This document shows, piece by piece, positions 8,935 to 17,734 of a DNA stretch of 30,820 nucleotides; the stretch's first letter is position 1; each line of letters starts with the position of its first letter. This DNA comes from Bdellovibrionales bacterium (GTDB taxonomy: Bacteria; Bdellovibrionota; Bdellovibrionia; Bdellovibrionales; DASUEL01). The position numbers were made by a program, and so were the translations under genes. The stretch lies in the NCBI GenBank assembly GCA_050250255.1, contig JBFWOZ010000034.1, forward strand, positions 1-30,820. Reading direction: 5' to 3'. A model generated the notes under the pieces. The model made no database searches. It was not told the origin of the DNA and saw nothing but the letters and a program-made list of their open reading frames with translations.

Positions 8935-9019
8935 GAAAAGGTGCCAGGTTCCGTTTCCGGGTCACACAGCGTCACACATGGACGCGGCGTGACCCGGAAA
9001 CGGAACCTGGCACCTTTTC
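8935..9019. repeat. Palindromic element 3 (31-bp perfect arms plus inner GCGTC/GACGC stem)
   Basis: GAAAAGGTGCCAGGTTCCGTTTCCGGGTCAC (8935-8965) is the exact reverse complement of 8989-9019. Confidence 0.9.
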
Positions 9020-9023
9020 GGGA

Positions 9024-9692
9024 TTACTGTTCGAACATTTGGCGCATTTTTAGAGATTCGGCGGGAGTTTGAACTCCTAAGTTGTGAGCAGCTTGGATAG
9101 CTCCAAGTCGATTTTCTTCTGGCACACCGTTTAAGCCCCAAAGCGTGTTTACGATGTCGGCCGCGCTTTCAGGTCGACATCCCGAGTAAGAAAGGATCAT
9201 TCCAAAGACTGTAGGACCGCGATGCCGGTTTCCATTGCAGCCAACGGCGACATAATTATACTTCTCCATGCAGTACATAAAATTGATTGGTGCATCCGCA
9301 AAACTCGAGCCCAGTTTTTGGATGTATTCTTTAGCCACTTTTTGTGGAGTGGAGCCTCTTGGATTGCTCACATAAATCGCTGAAAAAAGTCTTTCCGCGT
9401 CGGTGTTTCCATCATTCAAGTACCAAGAACAATATTTATCGGAAGATGGAACTTGTCCGAGCGCTTCTGCAGCTTTCGCCACACTTGTAGAATCAGAATT
9501 CCCAATGCCAACTCCGGCAAGAGTGATGCGACCTAATTTAAAAGCGCTCCAGCGTTCAAGACCACTCTCCTTATACTTAATCTTTTTCTGCATAAAAAAA
9601 GCTTTATTACAGTAGGCAGGTTCTGTTCCGTGTGATGTGCTTGCACTCAGTCCGATCATTGCCGTAAGAAAACTTATAATGATTGTTTTCAT
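9024..9692 (-). CDS. Secreted protein with a CX5R (PTP/DSP-like) motif
   Basis: GGAGGGG RBS before ATG 9692; signal peptide. VAVGCNGNRHRGPT followed by a hydrophobic helix and ESAADIV. The CDS is solid; the function is tentative. Confidence 0.6.
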   Translation of the reverse strand: MKTIIISFLTAMIGLSASTSHGTEPAYCNKAFFMQKKIKYKESGLERWSAFKLGRITLAGVGIGNSDSTSVAKAAEALGQVPSSDKYCSWYLNDGNTDAERLFSAIYVSNPRGSTPQKVAKEYIQKLGSSFADAPINFMYCMEKYNYVAVGCNGNRHRGPTVFGMILSYSGCRPESAADIVNTLWGLNGVPEENRLGAIQAAHNLGVQTPAESLKMRQMFEQ

Positions 9693-9831
9693 ATTTCCCC
9701 TCCATAGATTCACTGTTGTTGTGATTAAAATGCTATGCGAGCTTTGTTAGGAAACGATGAGGGAAATATTAGCGTTCTATTAGATAGAATCATCTAGACA
9801 TTCAAAGAAAGAAATCAGTAACATAATTCTT

Positions 9832-10617
9832 ATGAGTTTAATTGAAGCGATACTTCTCGCGATTGTAGAAGGCATTACAGAATATTTGCCGATTTCTTCC
9901 ACTGGTCACATGATCATCGTTTCCTCTTTTTTAGGAATTCAAGATCAGCCGTTCACGAAAGATTTTACGGTCATCGTACAATTTGGTGCGATCATGTCGG
10001 TGCTCGTTTTGTTTTGGAAACGTTTTCTTTCGAGCAAAGATTTTTACTTAAGATTGATTGTTGGTTTTTTACCCGCAGCGGTGATCGGCCTTCTCGTAAA
10101 AAATAAAATCGATGCCATATTAGGAAGCGTCGAGATCGTTGCATGGGCGCTTATGCTCGGTGGTATCATTCTTATTTTTTCAGATCGTCTCAAGGGAGAT
10201 AAAAAATATTCTTCCATGGCTGATATTCCACTTCGTACCATATTTTTAATTGGGTTGATTCAGTGTTTTGCTTTTATACCTGGGGTCTCTCGCTCGGCGG
10301 CGACTATTCTAGGAGGTTTGTACCTGGGGCTTCATCGAACACTCGCGGCCGAACTTTCATTTTTACTAGCGGTTCCTACTTTAGCAGGGGCGACGGCTTT
10401 AAAACTTCTCAAAATATATCCCACCATCGAAGCCTCTCAGATTCAGAACATCGCGATTGGTAACCTTGTTTCTTTTATTGTGGGTCTTCTTGCAATTAAA
10501 GGCTTCATTGGTTTTCTTAGTAAACGAGGGCTTGGATTTTTTGGTTACTACCGTATCGCTTTAGGGGTTGTTCTTCTCATTCTCATTTACTCAGGATTTC
10601 AATTACAACACGTATGA
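9832..10617 (+). CDS. uppP: Undecaprenyl-diphosphate phosphatase
   Basis: EGITEYLPISSTGH and PGVSRSAATI motifs; polytopic membrane protein. Confidence 0.96.
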   Translation: MSLIEAILLAIVEGITEYLPISSTGHMIIVSSFLGIQDQPFTKDFTVIVQFGAIMSVLVLFWKRFLSSKDFYLRLIVGFLPAAVIGLLVKNKIDAILGSVEIVAWALMLGGIILIFSDRLKGDKKYSSMADIPLRTIFLIGLIQCFAFIPGVSRSAATILGGLYLGLHRTLAAELSFLLAVPTLAGATALKLLKIYPTIEASQIQNIAIGNLVSFIVGLLAIKGFIGFLSKRGLGFFGYYRIALGVVLLILIYSGFQLQHV

Positions 10618-12074
10618 TTGATAAAGTTTATTCCATAGACTCTTTAAAGACTGCTTTTTCCACCATTCAAGCAGAATTGTTGAAGCATTACAAAACTCAG
10701 CAAATAGAAAAAGGTGGACTACCTTGGGAAAATCCCGATCTTCTCAAACAAAAAATTCAAGAGCTAATGAATCTTTATCAAGAAAATTCCTCTTTTGAAA
10801 ATAAGCTTCAAAAAATTTCGGAAACTTTCCTGCAGTATTCCAACCGTTTGCATTCTACTCATTATTTAGGTCATCAAGTGGCCTCTTCAATACCTCTAGC
10901 AGCCCTTGGTGAATTGCTTGGCACGATGATGAACCAAGCAACCGGAATTTTTGAAATGAGTCCCTTCTCTGCCACGGCCGAACGAACGATGATTGAGGCT
11001 TTGATTCCTTATGTGGGTTGGAAGGTGGGAGAGAGCGATGGCATTCTTACGCACGGAGGTTCGCTTGCGAATCTCACGGCACTTCTCAGTGCGAGAAATA
11101 TACAAATTCCTCAAAGTTGGTCCTACGGACTACAAAATGAAAAACTCACTCCCATGATCGCAGTAAGTCGCGAAGCCCACTACTGTGTGAAACGATCAGG
11201 AGCGATCATGGGACTTGGAGAAAAAAATATTCTCACTCTCGAAACGGATTCCAAGAGGAGAATTGATCCAGAGAAGGCACGAGCACAAATTCTCAAAGCC
11301 CGCGCCGAGGGCAATAATGTTTTTTGTATTGTGGGGACTTCTGGGGCAACACCGATTGGTTCTTTTGACCCCCTTCACGACCTCGCGGCGATCGCAAAAG
11401 AAGTGGGAGCCTGGCTTCATGTCGATGGCGCTCATGGCGGCGGCTTATTGATGAGCTCGAAATATCGCAAGCTTCTTTCAGGAATTGAAAAATGTGATTC
11501 ACTTGTTTGGGACGCTCACAAGATGATGTTTGTCCCGGCTCTCAGCACATTTGTGCTTTATAAGACGAAAGAAGCGAGCTACCGAGCACTTCAGCAGGAT
11601 GCCCCTTATCTTTTTGATAAAGCGGACCAACCAACCCTTGAATACGATTCCGCCGTTCGCACGATGGAATGTACAAAGCGTGCGATGGTTATGGGAGTGT
11701 GGACAGTATGGTCCGTCTACGGGCCGAAGATTTTTGAACTGATGGTCGATCAGGTCTGTCAGCTCTCGCAAAAGGCCTATGAATATTTAAATGAACAAGA
11801 AGACTTTGAGCCTCTTCACGAGCCAGAGTGCAACATTCTTTGTTTTCGCTTTCTTTCAAAGCGCGTAGGTGAGGACGAGCAAAAGAGATCGCTACTTCAG
11901 AAATTAATCCGCCGCCAATTACTTCAAGACCGAAAATTTTATATCACGGCAACTGTTCTTAATGGAGAGCACTGCTTACGTGTCGTGTTTATGAACCCAC
12001 AAGCAACAGAGCAAGATTTTAAAGAGCTCTGTGCTGAAGTTCGCCAGATCGCGAAGACGTTGTCTGAGACTTAA
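10614..12074 (+). CDS. Group II PLP-dependent amino acid decarboxylase (DDC/GAD/diaminobutyrate decarboxylase family)
   Basis: YLGHQVA, HGGSLANL, AHYCV, HVDGAHGG and WDAHK (PLP lysine). ATGA overlap with uppP. Confidence 0.9.
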   Translation: MIDKVYSIDSLKTAFSTIQAELLKHYKTQQIEKGGLPWENPDLLKQKIQELMNLYQENSSFENKLQKISETFLQYSNRLHSTHYLGHQVASSIPLAALGELLGTMMNQATGIFEMSPFSATAERTMIEALIPYVGWKVGESDGILTHGGSLANLTALLSARNIQIPQSWSYGLQNEKLTPMIAVSREAHYCVKRSGAIMGLGEKNILTLETDSKRRIDPEKARAQILKARAEGNNVFCIVGTSGATPIGSFDPLHDLAAIAKEVGAWLHVDGAHGGGLLMSSKYRKLLSGIEKCDSLVWDAHKMMFVPALSTFVLYKTKEASYRALQQDAPYLFDKADQPTLEYDSAVRTMECTKRAMVMGVWTVWSVYGPKIFELMVDQVCQLSQKAYEYLNEQEDFEPLHEPECNILCFRFLSKRVGEDEQKRSLLQKLIRRQLLQDRKFYITATVLNGEHCLRVVFMNPQATEQDFKELCAEVRQIAKTLSET

Positions 12075-13806
12075 TTAAATTCATTCCTCGAGCGATCAGT
12101 TTTTTCTGATCGGAAGATTTATTTTGTAAAAGTCTAAGCTGCGTCTCCAGTGAATCCACGAGATCGCGCTGTTGGGGATCAAGAAGAGCGAGCTCCAATA
12201 TTTCGAGTCTTAATAGCCAATCCTCAGGGTAGAATTGGTTTAATTGCTTAGCGATAGCTACAAGCTTCTCTTTCATCTTTGGAATTCGTAATTTAGAAAC
12301 TTTTTTCTTTGAATTTTTATTCCAAACTTCACGTAATTTCCGAACCTCAAGATAGAACTTATTTAACTTCTTATTCTCTTTAGTGAGATTGGATTTCTGT
12401 TTTACTTTCGGCTCATGAAGCGTTTTTACGACTTTGTAGTAAGCAGCTCGATCTGCAGCTTCGCCAAAAACAGAAACGATCTCGATGCCCACGGGAATGA
12501 GGTACTCTTTGTGTTTTGAAAGTGGCTTACCGTTTCGAGACACAATCGCTTGAGTTAAAAGAAGCGCCAACACACGGTTGCCATGAGTTGCCACCCTTTT
12601 TAATTTTCCTGTCACCGCGTAACCGGACTCTGGCCACTCAATCGTTCCGCGAGAGCGTGGAGTAAAACCAAGACCTTTAAGTTGGTTTTTACTCACAAGG
12701 GGTGCTTTCATTTTACCAACAGGGCATTCCCAGTTTTTCTTTAAATTTTTAGGGCCAAAGTTTTTAATTTCTTTATTAGCAAAGCTAAGTTGAGCAGGGC
12801 CCTGCCATTTTAAATAAATGGGTTTACCGTGTTCGGCCGAGATTTCGGTGAGCTTGCCGCTGAATTGAACTCCGGTATTCCAGACCGTTGTCGTGAGTGT
12901 GCGAGCTTGCTGTGCTTTCTCGAGGGCTTTTAAACCTCCAATTTTATAAGCGAGAAGTTCGCTGAATTCTTTCAACACCTTTTTCAAATGTGCGAAAGAA
13001 GGAGTGACGAAAAGCTGTGGCTGCGGTTTCGTTATATCATAAGTTTGGTAGATGCAATCCAAAGTGAGCGGACGTTTTTCTACATTATTCGCATAGCAGT
13101 CGTAGGATTCCCCAACAGAAGAGAGGAGCCCTGCGCCGTAAATAAGAGGGCGTTCCATGCTGCCTACAAGGCCATATTCGATGGTCCACCACGCCATGCG
13201 GGAGAGGAGAGTCGCCTCACTCACGTTGGTGTTTTTTTCGTTGGCTCGAATCAATTCCTGATTGGCCTCTTCAATTTCTTTCGGCGTCGACTTTGGATCT
13301 TCCTTTACGTCGGAAAGTTTTCGGATGGCATTGTAAACAGCGAGATCTTCCTCAGAGAAAATCACCTTTTGCGAAACTTCCCCATACTGCCTAATGTAGT
13401 CCGCGTAATCTGCGTTGGCGAGAATAGGCGCGTGTCCCGCCGCCTCGTGAACGATATCAGGCGCTGGAGTGTAGGAAAGATGTTCGGGCGTTCGCATATC
13501 GCAAGCAATAGGAAGTATACCCAAAGAGAGAAATTCGAGAAAAATCGCCGGCGGGATAAAACCACTAATGACTGCGGCATTCCAGCCGAGTTTTTCCAAA
13601 CGTAAATTCATTTCGCTGATCTTCGGAATGTACTCGGTGCTAATGCCGGTGCTGGGTAATCCTTGAAGATAGATGTTGTGGGCATGATCTTTAAAAAAAT
13701 CTTCAGAGATGCGCATGATGTAGCGCCAGCCCGCTTGATCCATAGGAGTGTAACGAGAATAGTTTTGAGTCAGTGTGAATTTTTTAAGGTGAACGGGTAT
13801 TTTCAT
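12019..13806 (-). CDS. phhA: Pterin-dependent aromatic amino acid hydroxylase (long-form phenylalanine 4-monooxygenase)
   Basis: YTPAPDIVHEAAGHAP iron motif, WWTIEYGL, YGAGLLSSVGE, YDITKPQPQLFV; long C-terminal extension with PEDWLLRLE. Start probably ATG 13806. Confidence 0.88.
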   Translation of the reverse strand: MKIPVHLKKFTLTQNYSRYTPMDQAGWRYIMRISEDFFKDHAHNIYLQGLPSTGISTEYIPKISEMNLRLEKLGWNAAVISGFIPPAIFLEFLSLGILPIACDMRTPEHLSYTPAPDIVHEAAGHAPILANADYADYIRQYGEVSQKVIFSEEDLAVYNAIRKLSDVKEDPKSTPKEIEEANQELIRANEKNTNVSEATLLSRMAWWTIEYGLVGSMERPLIYGAGLLSSVGESYDCYANNVEKRPLTLDCIYQTYDITKPQPQLFVTPSFAHLKKVLKEFSELLAYKIGGLKALEKAQQARTLTTTVWNTGVQFSGKLTEISAEHGKPIYLKWQGPAQLSFANKEIKNFGPKNLKKNWECPVGKMKAPLVSKNQLKGLGFTPRSRGTIEWPESGYAVTGKLKRVATHGNRVLALLLTQAIVSRNGKPLSKHKEYLIPVGIEIVSVFGEAADRAAYYKVVKTLHEPKVKQKSNLTKENKKLNKFYLEVRKLREVWNKNSKKKVSKLRIPKMKEKLVAIAKQLNQFYPEDWLLRLEILELALLDPQQRDLVDSLETQLRLLQNKSSDQKKLIARGMNLIKSQTTSSRSGELQHRAL

Positions 13807-13807
13807 C

Positions 13808-14434
13808 TTACATTCCGTTCGCAAAATCTTTAAAGTTAATTGTAGGGCTTTGCCTTACTTGACGAAGCGCTAAAGAATACTCTCGTAGTACTCCTAGAGA
13901 ATACTTCATGCGAGTGATAATACGTTCGTCGTCAGGCGATTCTGGCTTTTCAATATTGTTGAATACTTTCTCCGCGTTTCTCACAATGACATGGTCAGGG
14001 ATATAGCAAAGGCGATTGTTTTTGTAGCTACTCATTCTGAGTTCCGCGATGGGGTAAGCACCACCCATAGAAGACGATACAGTCACAATCAATCCTGGTT
14101 TGTGTCCTAGGTCTTCGTTCTTACAAAAATGAAAGAAATTTTTTAATCCTGCAGGCACAGTTCCGTTCCACTCAGGGGAAATCACGACAACACCATCCGC
14201 TCTTTTCAATTTTTCTGAAAAGGGTTTCCACAGCTTGTCCCACTTGTTGTTGGCCGCCGGGTCCTTATCCCAAACAGATTCATCCCAAAGAGGAAGCGGA
14301 TTTTGTTTTAGATCAATGAACTCCGTCTCTCCAGTATCGGGAAGCCCCTTCAAAAGAAACTGTATGGCGTGCGCAATTTTTGAACTTTGAGATTTGGCTC
14401 GATGACTTCCTGAAATGACAATGTAATTTAACAT
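13808..14434 (-). CDS. NADPH-dependent FMN reductase
   Basis: ISGSHRAKSQS and ADGVVVISPEWNGTVPAGLKNF flavodoxin-like motifs. Confidence 0.92.
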   Translation of the reverse strand: MLNYIVISGSHRAKSQSSKIAHAIQFLLKGLPDTGETEFIDLKQNPLPLWDESVWDKDPAANNKWDKLWKPFSEKLKRADGVVVISPEWNGTVPAGLKNFFHFCKNEDLGHKPGLIVTVSSSMGGAYPIAELRMSSYKNNRLCYIPDHVIVRNAEKVFNNIEKPESPDDERIITRMKYSLGVLREYSLALRQVRQSPTINFKDFANGM

Positions 14435-14442
14435 AGTTGCCC

Positions 14443-14838
14443 CTAGTTGTATGAGCCTGGCTCTACAAGAAAAAATCTTGGAATGTCGATGTTAAAAATT
14501 TTTCGAGTTTCGGGATCGACCATCTGGTAAGTGCCTTCCATCGTTCCGGTGGTTGTCTCAAGCGGACAAAAACTAGAATATTGGTAAGATCCGCCTGGCG
14601 GGATAAGCGGTTGATCACCCACCACGCCTTCGCCTTTCACTTCTTGAGTGCGGCCTTGCCCATCGGTGATGATCCAATGTCGAGCTAACAGTTGGGCGGG
14701 CTTAGTTCCTAAGTTTGTGATCTGAATATTGTAACCAAAAAAATAGCGTTTTCCATGCGGGTCTGATTGTTCCGGAATGTATTGGCTTACGGCCCGAACT
14801 CGAAAATTATGTGTGGTTTTTTCGCTGGAAAGATCCAT
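14443..14838 (-). CDS. apaG: ApaG protein
   Basis: QLLARHWIITDG, EVKGEGVVGDQP, YQYSSFCPL, GTMEGTYQM. Confidence 0.96.
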   Translation of the reverse strand: MDLSSEKTTHNFRVRAVSQYIPEQSDPHGKRYFFGYNIQITNLGTKPAQLLARHWIITDGQGRTQEVKGEGVVGDQPLIPPGGSYQYSSFCPLETTTGTMEGTYQMVDPETRKIFNIDIPRFFLVEPGSYN

Positions 14839-14860
14839 GGCCCAACTCTGCCATAATTGA

Positions 14861-14886
14861 CGAAAAGGTTCCAGGGAACCTTTTCG
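14861..14886. repeat. Palindromic element 4 (short form, 12-bp arms)
   Basis: CGAAAAGGTTCC-AG-GGAACCTTTTCG; same AAAAGGT...ACCTTTT ends as element 3. Confidence 0.75.
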
Positions 14887-14899
14887 CCCTGCATGGCGT

Positions 14900-16054
14900 C
14901 TATTGAGCCGGTGTAACGGTGATCGTGTGGTAGGTCCCTAGGTCGTTGGCATAATCCTGAAGGATAAAACCGTAACCGGGGTAGGACGTTCCGTCTAACT
15001 GAAAATTCACGCCAAACTTTGCTGTGCCCCAAGAATTTTTAAAATAGAAAACACCTTTTCGCGTTTTGGTGACTTTTGTTTTACCGTCTCTGGCAAGGTA
15101 CGAGTAAGTGACTTCGCGCGTATCGTCGTAGCCTACGAGGAGAATTGAGTGACCGGCTGGATCACGTTGTGAAGCCGTACGATCCAACGAATCGTATTCC
15201 GGGTAAGTCACGGCACCCTCTGCCCAAAGAGTGAGGTCGCGCCCAATACCTAAGGAATCCGCCATGCGATGGTTCCAAGCGCCGTAATAGAAATCAAGAT
15301 CGAGCAGGACTGGTTGGCCTTGAGCCAACAGTTGTTTTACCTGTGTGGAATAGATGTAAGTTTGGGGGACAAGGGCTGCCGCTTGAGCGTCGCGAAATTC
15401 ATAGGCGTCTTTTCGTGCGGTTACAAATTCAGGATCATAAAATGGGCTTTTTGGTTTTGATAATTCTGCGTCTAGCTTACTGAGAAGGGCTGGATTTCTA
15501 TGACCGACAAAACAAGCGCCCCGGTAAATGCCAGTTGTATTTTTACAGCGTTTCTCTGCCAAGATGTCAGAGGAGAAGCTTTCCCAATTTGTTCCAATGT
15601 AAGGCATGAAGGTTTCTGAGGCGGTACCATACTGTCGAAGTGCGGAAAAGTTTCGAGGAGAGGTCGACCCGTCACTCAAGGAAATGCTCGCAATCACATA
15701 TTGCAGCCACTCTTCCGAATAATCGACAGAAGACATCGAACGATGTGTGATCACAAGAGACTCAATCAAGGCTGTGGCCGAGAAAATAGAACAAGATCCT
15801 CGTGACTCTTGAGATTTCACCGGAGATTGCTTTTTAATCATTCCAAGCGTGTCAGACTGGAGGGGAAGTTGAAAAGTAGACTCTGCCCTGTGGAAAGCGC
15901 GTTTTGAACGTGAAGACGGTGGCTTAGGATATGGCGGATCGAGCGGGGCCTCATCGATTGCCAACTGCGCTGATGCAGGAGTTAGCAAAAAGTTTGGTAC
16001 GGAAAAAGATAGTGTGACAAGAAAAACGAAGAATAAATTTCGGCGTTTGTTCAT
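14900..16054 (-). CDS. Secreted papain-like (C1 family) cysteine peptidase
   Basis: VKSQESRGSCSIFS (Gln and catalytic Cys), GHSILLVGYDD (His), FKNSWG (Asn). Signal peptide from ATG 16054 with an AGGGGG RBS. Confidence 0.9.
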   Translation of the reverse strand: MNKRRNLFFVFLVTLSFSVPNFLLTPASAQLAIDEAPLDPPYPKPPSSRSKRAFHRAESTFQLPLQSDTLGMIKKQSPVKSQESRGSCSIFSATALIESLVITHRSMSSVDYSEEWLQYVIASISLSDGSTSPRNFSALRQYGTASETFMPYIGTNWESFSSDILAEKRCKNTTGIYRGACFVGHRNPALLSKLDAELSKPKSPFYDPEFVTARKDAYEFRDAQAAALVPQTYIYSTQVKQLLAQGQPVLLDLDFYYGAWNHRMADSLGIGRDLTLWAEGAVTYPEYDSLDRTASQRDPAGHSILLVGYDDTREVTYSYLARDGKTKVTKTRKGVFYFKNSWGTAKFGVNFQLDGTSYPGYGFILQDYANDLGTYHTITVTPAQ

Positions 16055-16126
16055 GGATCCCCCTATTTGATTGAGCAAGCTGTACGAGAGCCGCTCGAGT
16101 TACGCAAAGGAGGTTGGGGAAATTCT

Positions 16127-17134
16127 CTAGACTTGTAAATCTTTCAAAATCCACCCCTTCAAGTAACGGAGCCGATGGATCTCCTCAAGGGAGGAGTGGG
16201 CTTGGAGGTTGGGAGTCGCAAAGGTTTGTGGTTGTTCGATCTCTTTCAGAATGGAGAACTTTCGGTTTTTTTCACGAAAAGCTTCTCTTACCTGCTTTAG
16301 GTAGTGATCTTTGGAGACAGATTCCGAGTTGATACTCGTAATCAAAAGACCTCCTGGCGCTAAGACATCGAGGGCCATTTTGTGAAGAAGGGGAAGATCC
16401 TTTTTAGTAGAAAAAGTGCTCTTTTTATTGCGAGCGAATGAGGGGGGATCGAGGATGACAACATCAAACTTTTCCTCTTGTTTTGCTAAGCGGGGTAAGT
16501 ACTGGAGCGTGTCTTCGGCCATGCATTTTAGCTGCGAGTTTGAAAAAGAGTTGAGTTCCCAATTTTTTTGCGACCAGCGAAGATAGGAAGGTGAGAGATC
16601 AAGGTTGAGTACCGACTCGGCTCCTCCATATTTTGCGGCGATCGAGAGACTGCCGGTATAACAAAAAGTGTTGAGGACACGTGCACCGCGGGGAGTGTTG
16701 AGTTTGAGCCATTGTCGAAGTGGTGCGTGATCTAAAAAGAGTCCCGGATGTCTTGCACTCTGAAAACGAATTGCAAAAGTCATATCATTTTCTTGAACGT
16801 GGATTTCCTCAGGAGGAGAACCAAAAAGTGCGGAAGGGGGCGCGGGAGCTTGCCCGGGTTGAGAGCGCGAAAGAAGAGTCACGCTTTCTGCACCTTTTTG
16901 TTTCAAAAACTCGGTGACCTCAGAAAGAAAGTTTTGGTCGGTCGGTAACGAAAAATCCGTGATCCAGTAATGCGTTTTTTGGTCGGTAAAGCTTTCGATG
17001 ATAATTTGGGAAAGAGAGCCTTTCGCTTCGCCAGGACCGTGAAAGAGCCGATAGGCTGAGCTTACAAGCTGAGCTTCCTGTCGCCAATTCCATGCATGTT
17101 CTAAAGCTGAGTGGAAGGAGCTCTGTTTTGGCAA
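16127..17134 (-). CDS. Class I SAM-dependent rRNA methyltransferase (RlmI/RlmK-like)
   Basis: PGLFLDH, VLNTFCYTGSLS, DLS and FDVVILDPPSF motifs; TTG start uncertain. Confidence 0.88.
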   Translation of the reverse strand: MPKQSSFHSALEHAWNWRQEAQLVSSAYRLFHGPGEAKGSLSQIIIESFTDQKTHYWITDFSLPTDQNFLSEVTEFLKQKGAESVTLLSRSQPGQAPAPPSALFGSPPEEIHVQENDMTFAIRFQSARHPGLFLDHAPLRQWLKLNTPRGARVLNTFCYTGSLSIAAKYGGAESVLNLDLSPSYLRWSQKNWELNSFSNSQLKCMAEDTLQYLPRLAKQEEKFDVVILDPPSFARNKKSTFSTKKDLPLLHKMALDVLAPGGLLITSINSESVSKDHYLKQVREAFREKNRKFSILKEIEQPQTFATPNLQAHSSLEEIHRLRYLKGWILKDLQV

Positions 17135-17257
17135 GGTTCAAATCCTTTGTGCGCGAAGGGTCAATCTCCCCATCATAGACATATTTTTGTTGAGTAACAA
17201 ACAAAGCCATGGATTAAATTTACGATATCTAAAAAATACCGCATCGGAGTACAAACT

Positions 17258-17728
17258 ATGAAACTATCCAAACAAAGTTTATCCCACCTTCTGGTCATGC
17301 TTGCCGTGTTATCCGCTTGCGGAACCATTCGTTTGAACTACGAAGGTGAAGTGCGTTCTGGCGAAGAAAAACCCGCTACCTATAATCTCAAAAAAAGTTA
17401 TGAAGTCGGTGGCCCTCACAAGATGCTCTGTATTTTAACCGGTTGGGCTTTAGGTGGATACTGTTGGTATTACACAGTTATGCCAACAACAGAACAATCG
17501 AAATGGATCGAAAGAGATGCAGAGGCTCGCCTTGATACAATTTATGGAAGTGGTAAGTACACTTTAGTTCGTAAAAATATTGAGGTGGATAGTTGGGGAG
17601 ACTCAGAAGAACAGTCGAATCTTCTTCGCAGTGAAGATGCGCCAACTCCACTCGTAAATGGCAAGCCCGTCGAAACAAAGTCTGCAAAGAAAAAAGTAGA
17701 AGCTCAAAAAACAGAACAAAAACAATAA
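17258..17728 (+). CDS. Hypothetical lipoprotein
   Basis: GGAG RBS; lipobox LSAC; internal CILTGWALGGYCWYY segment. Confidence 0.8.
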   Translation: MKLSKQSLSHLLVMLAVLSACGTIRLNYEGEVRSGEEKPATYNLKKSYEVGGPHKMLCILTGWALGGYCWYYTVMPTTEQSKWIERDAEARLDTIYGSGKYTLVRKNIEVDSWGDSEEQSNLLRSEDAPTPLVNGKPVETKSAKKKVEAQKTEQKQ

Positions 17729-17734
17729 TCATTT

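Noticed and set aside
8862..9072. N-terminal extension of the PDZ ORF (from 8975) and the + strand ORF 8812..9072
   Set aside because: Both read through palindromic element 3. The RBS and signal peptide support ATG 8861.
12988..13605. 205-aa + strand ORF and other long antisense ORFs (e.g. 18209..18742, 24654..25103, 6402..6767)
   Set aside because: They are shadow frames of well-supported genes and carry no recognisable motifs.
3253..17134. RlmL-like and RlmK/I-like genes as a split RlmKL system
   Set aside because: They are ~12 kb apart in different transcription units, and stand-alone versions are common.
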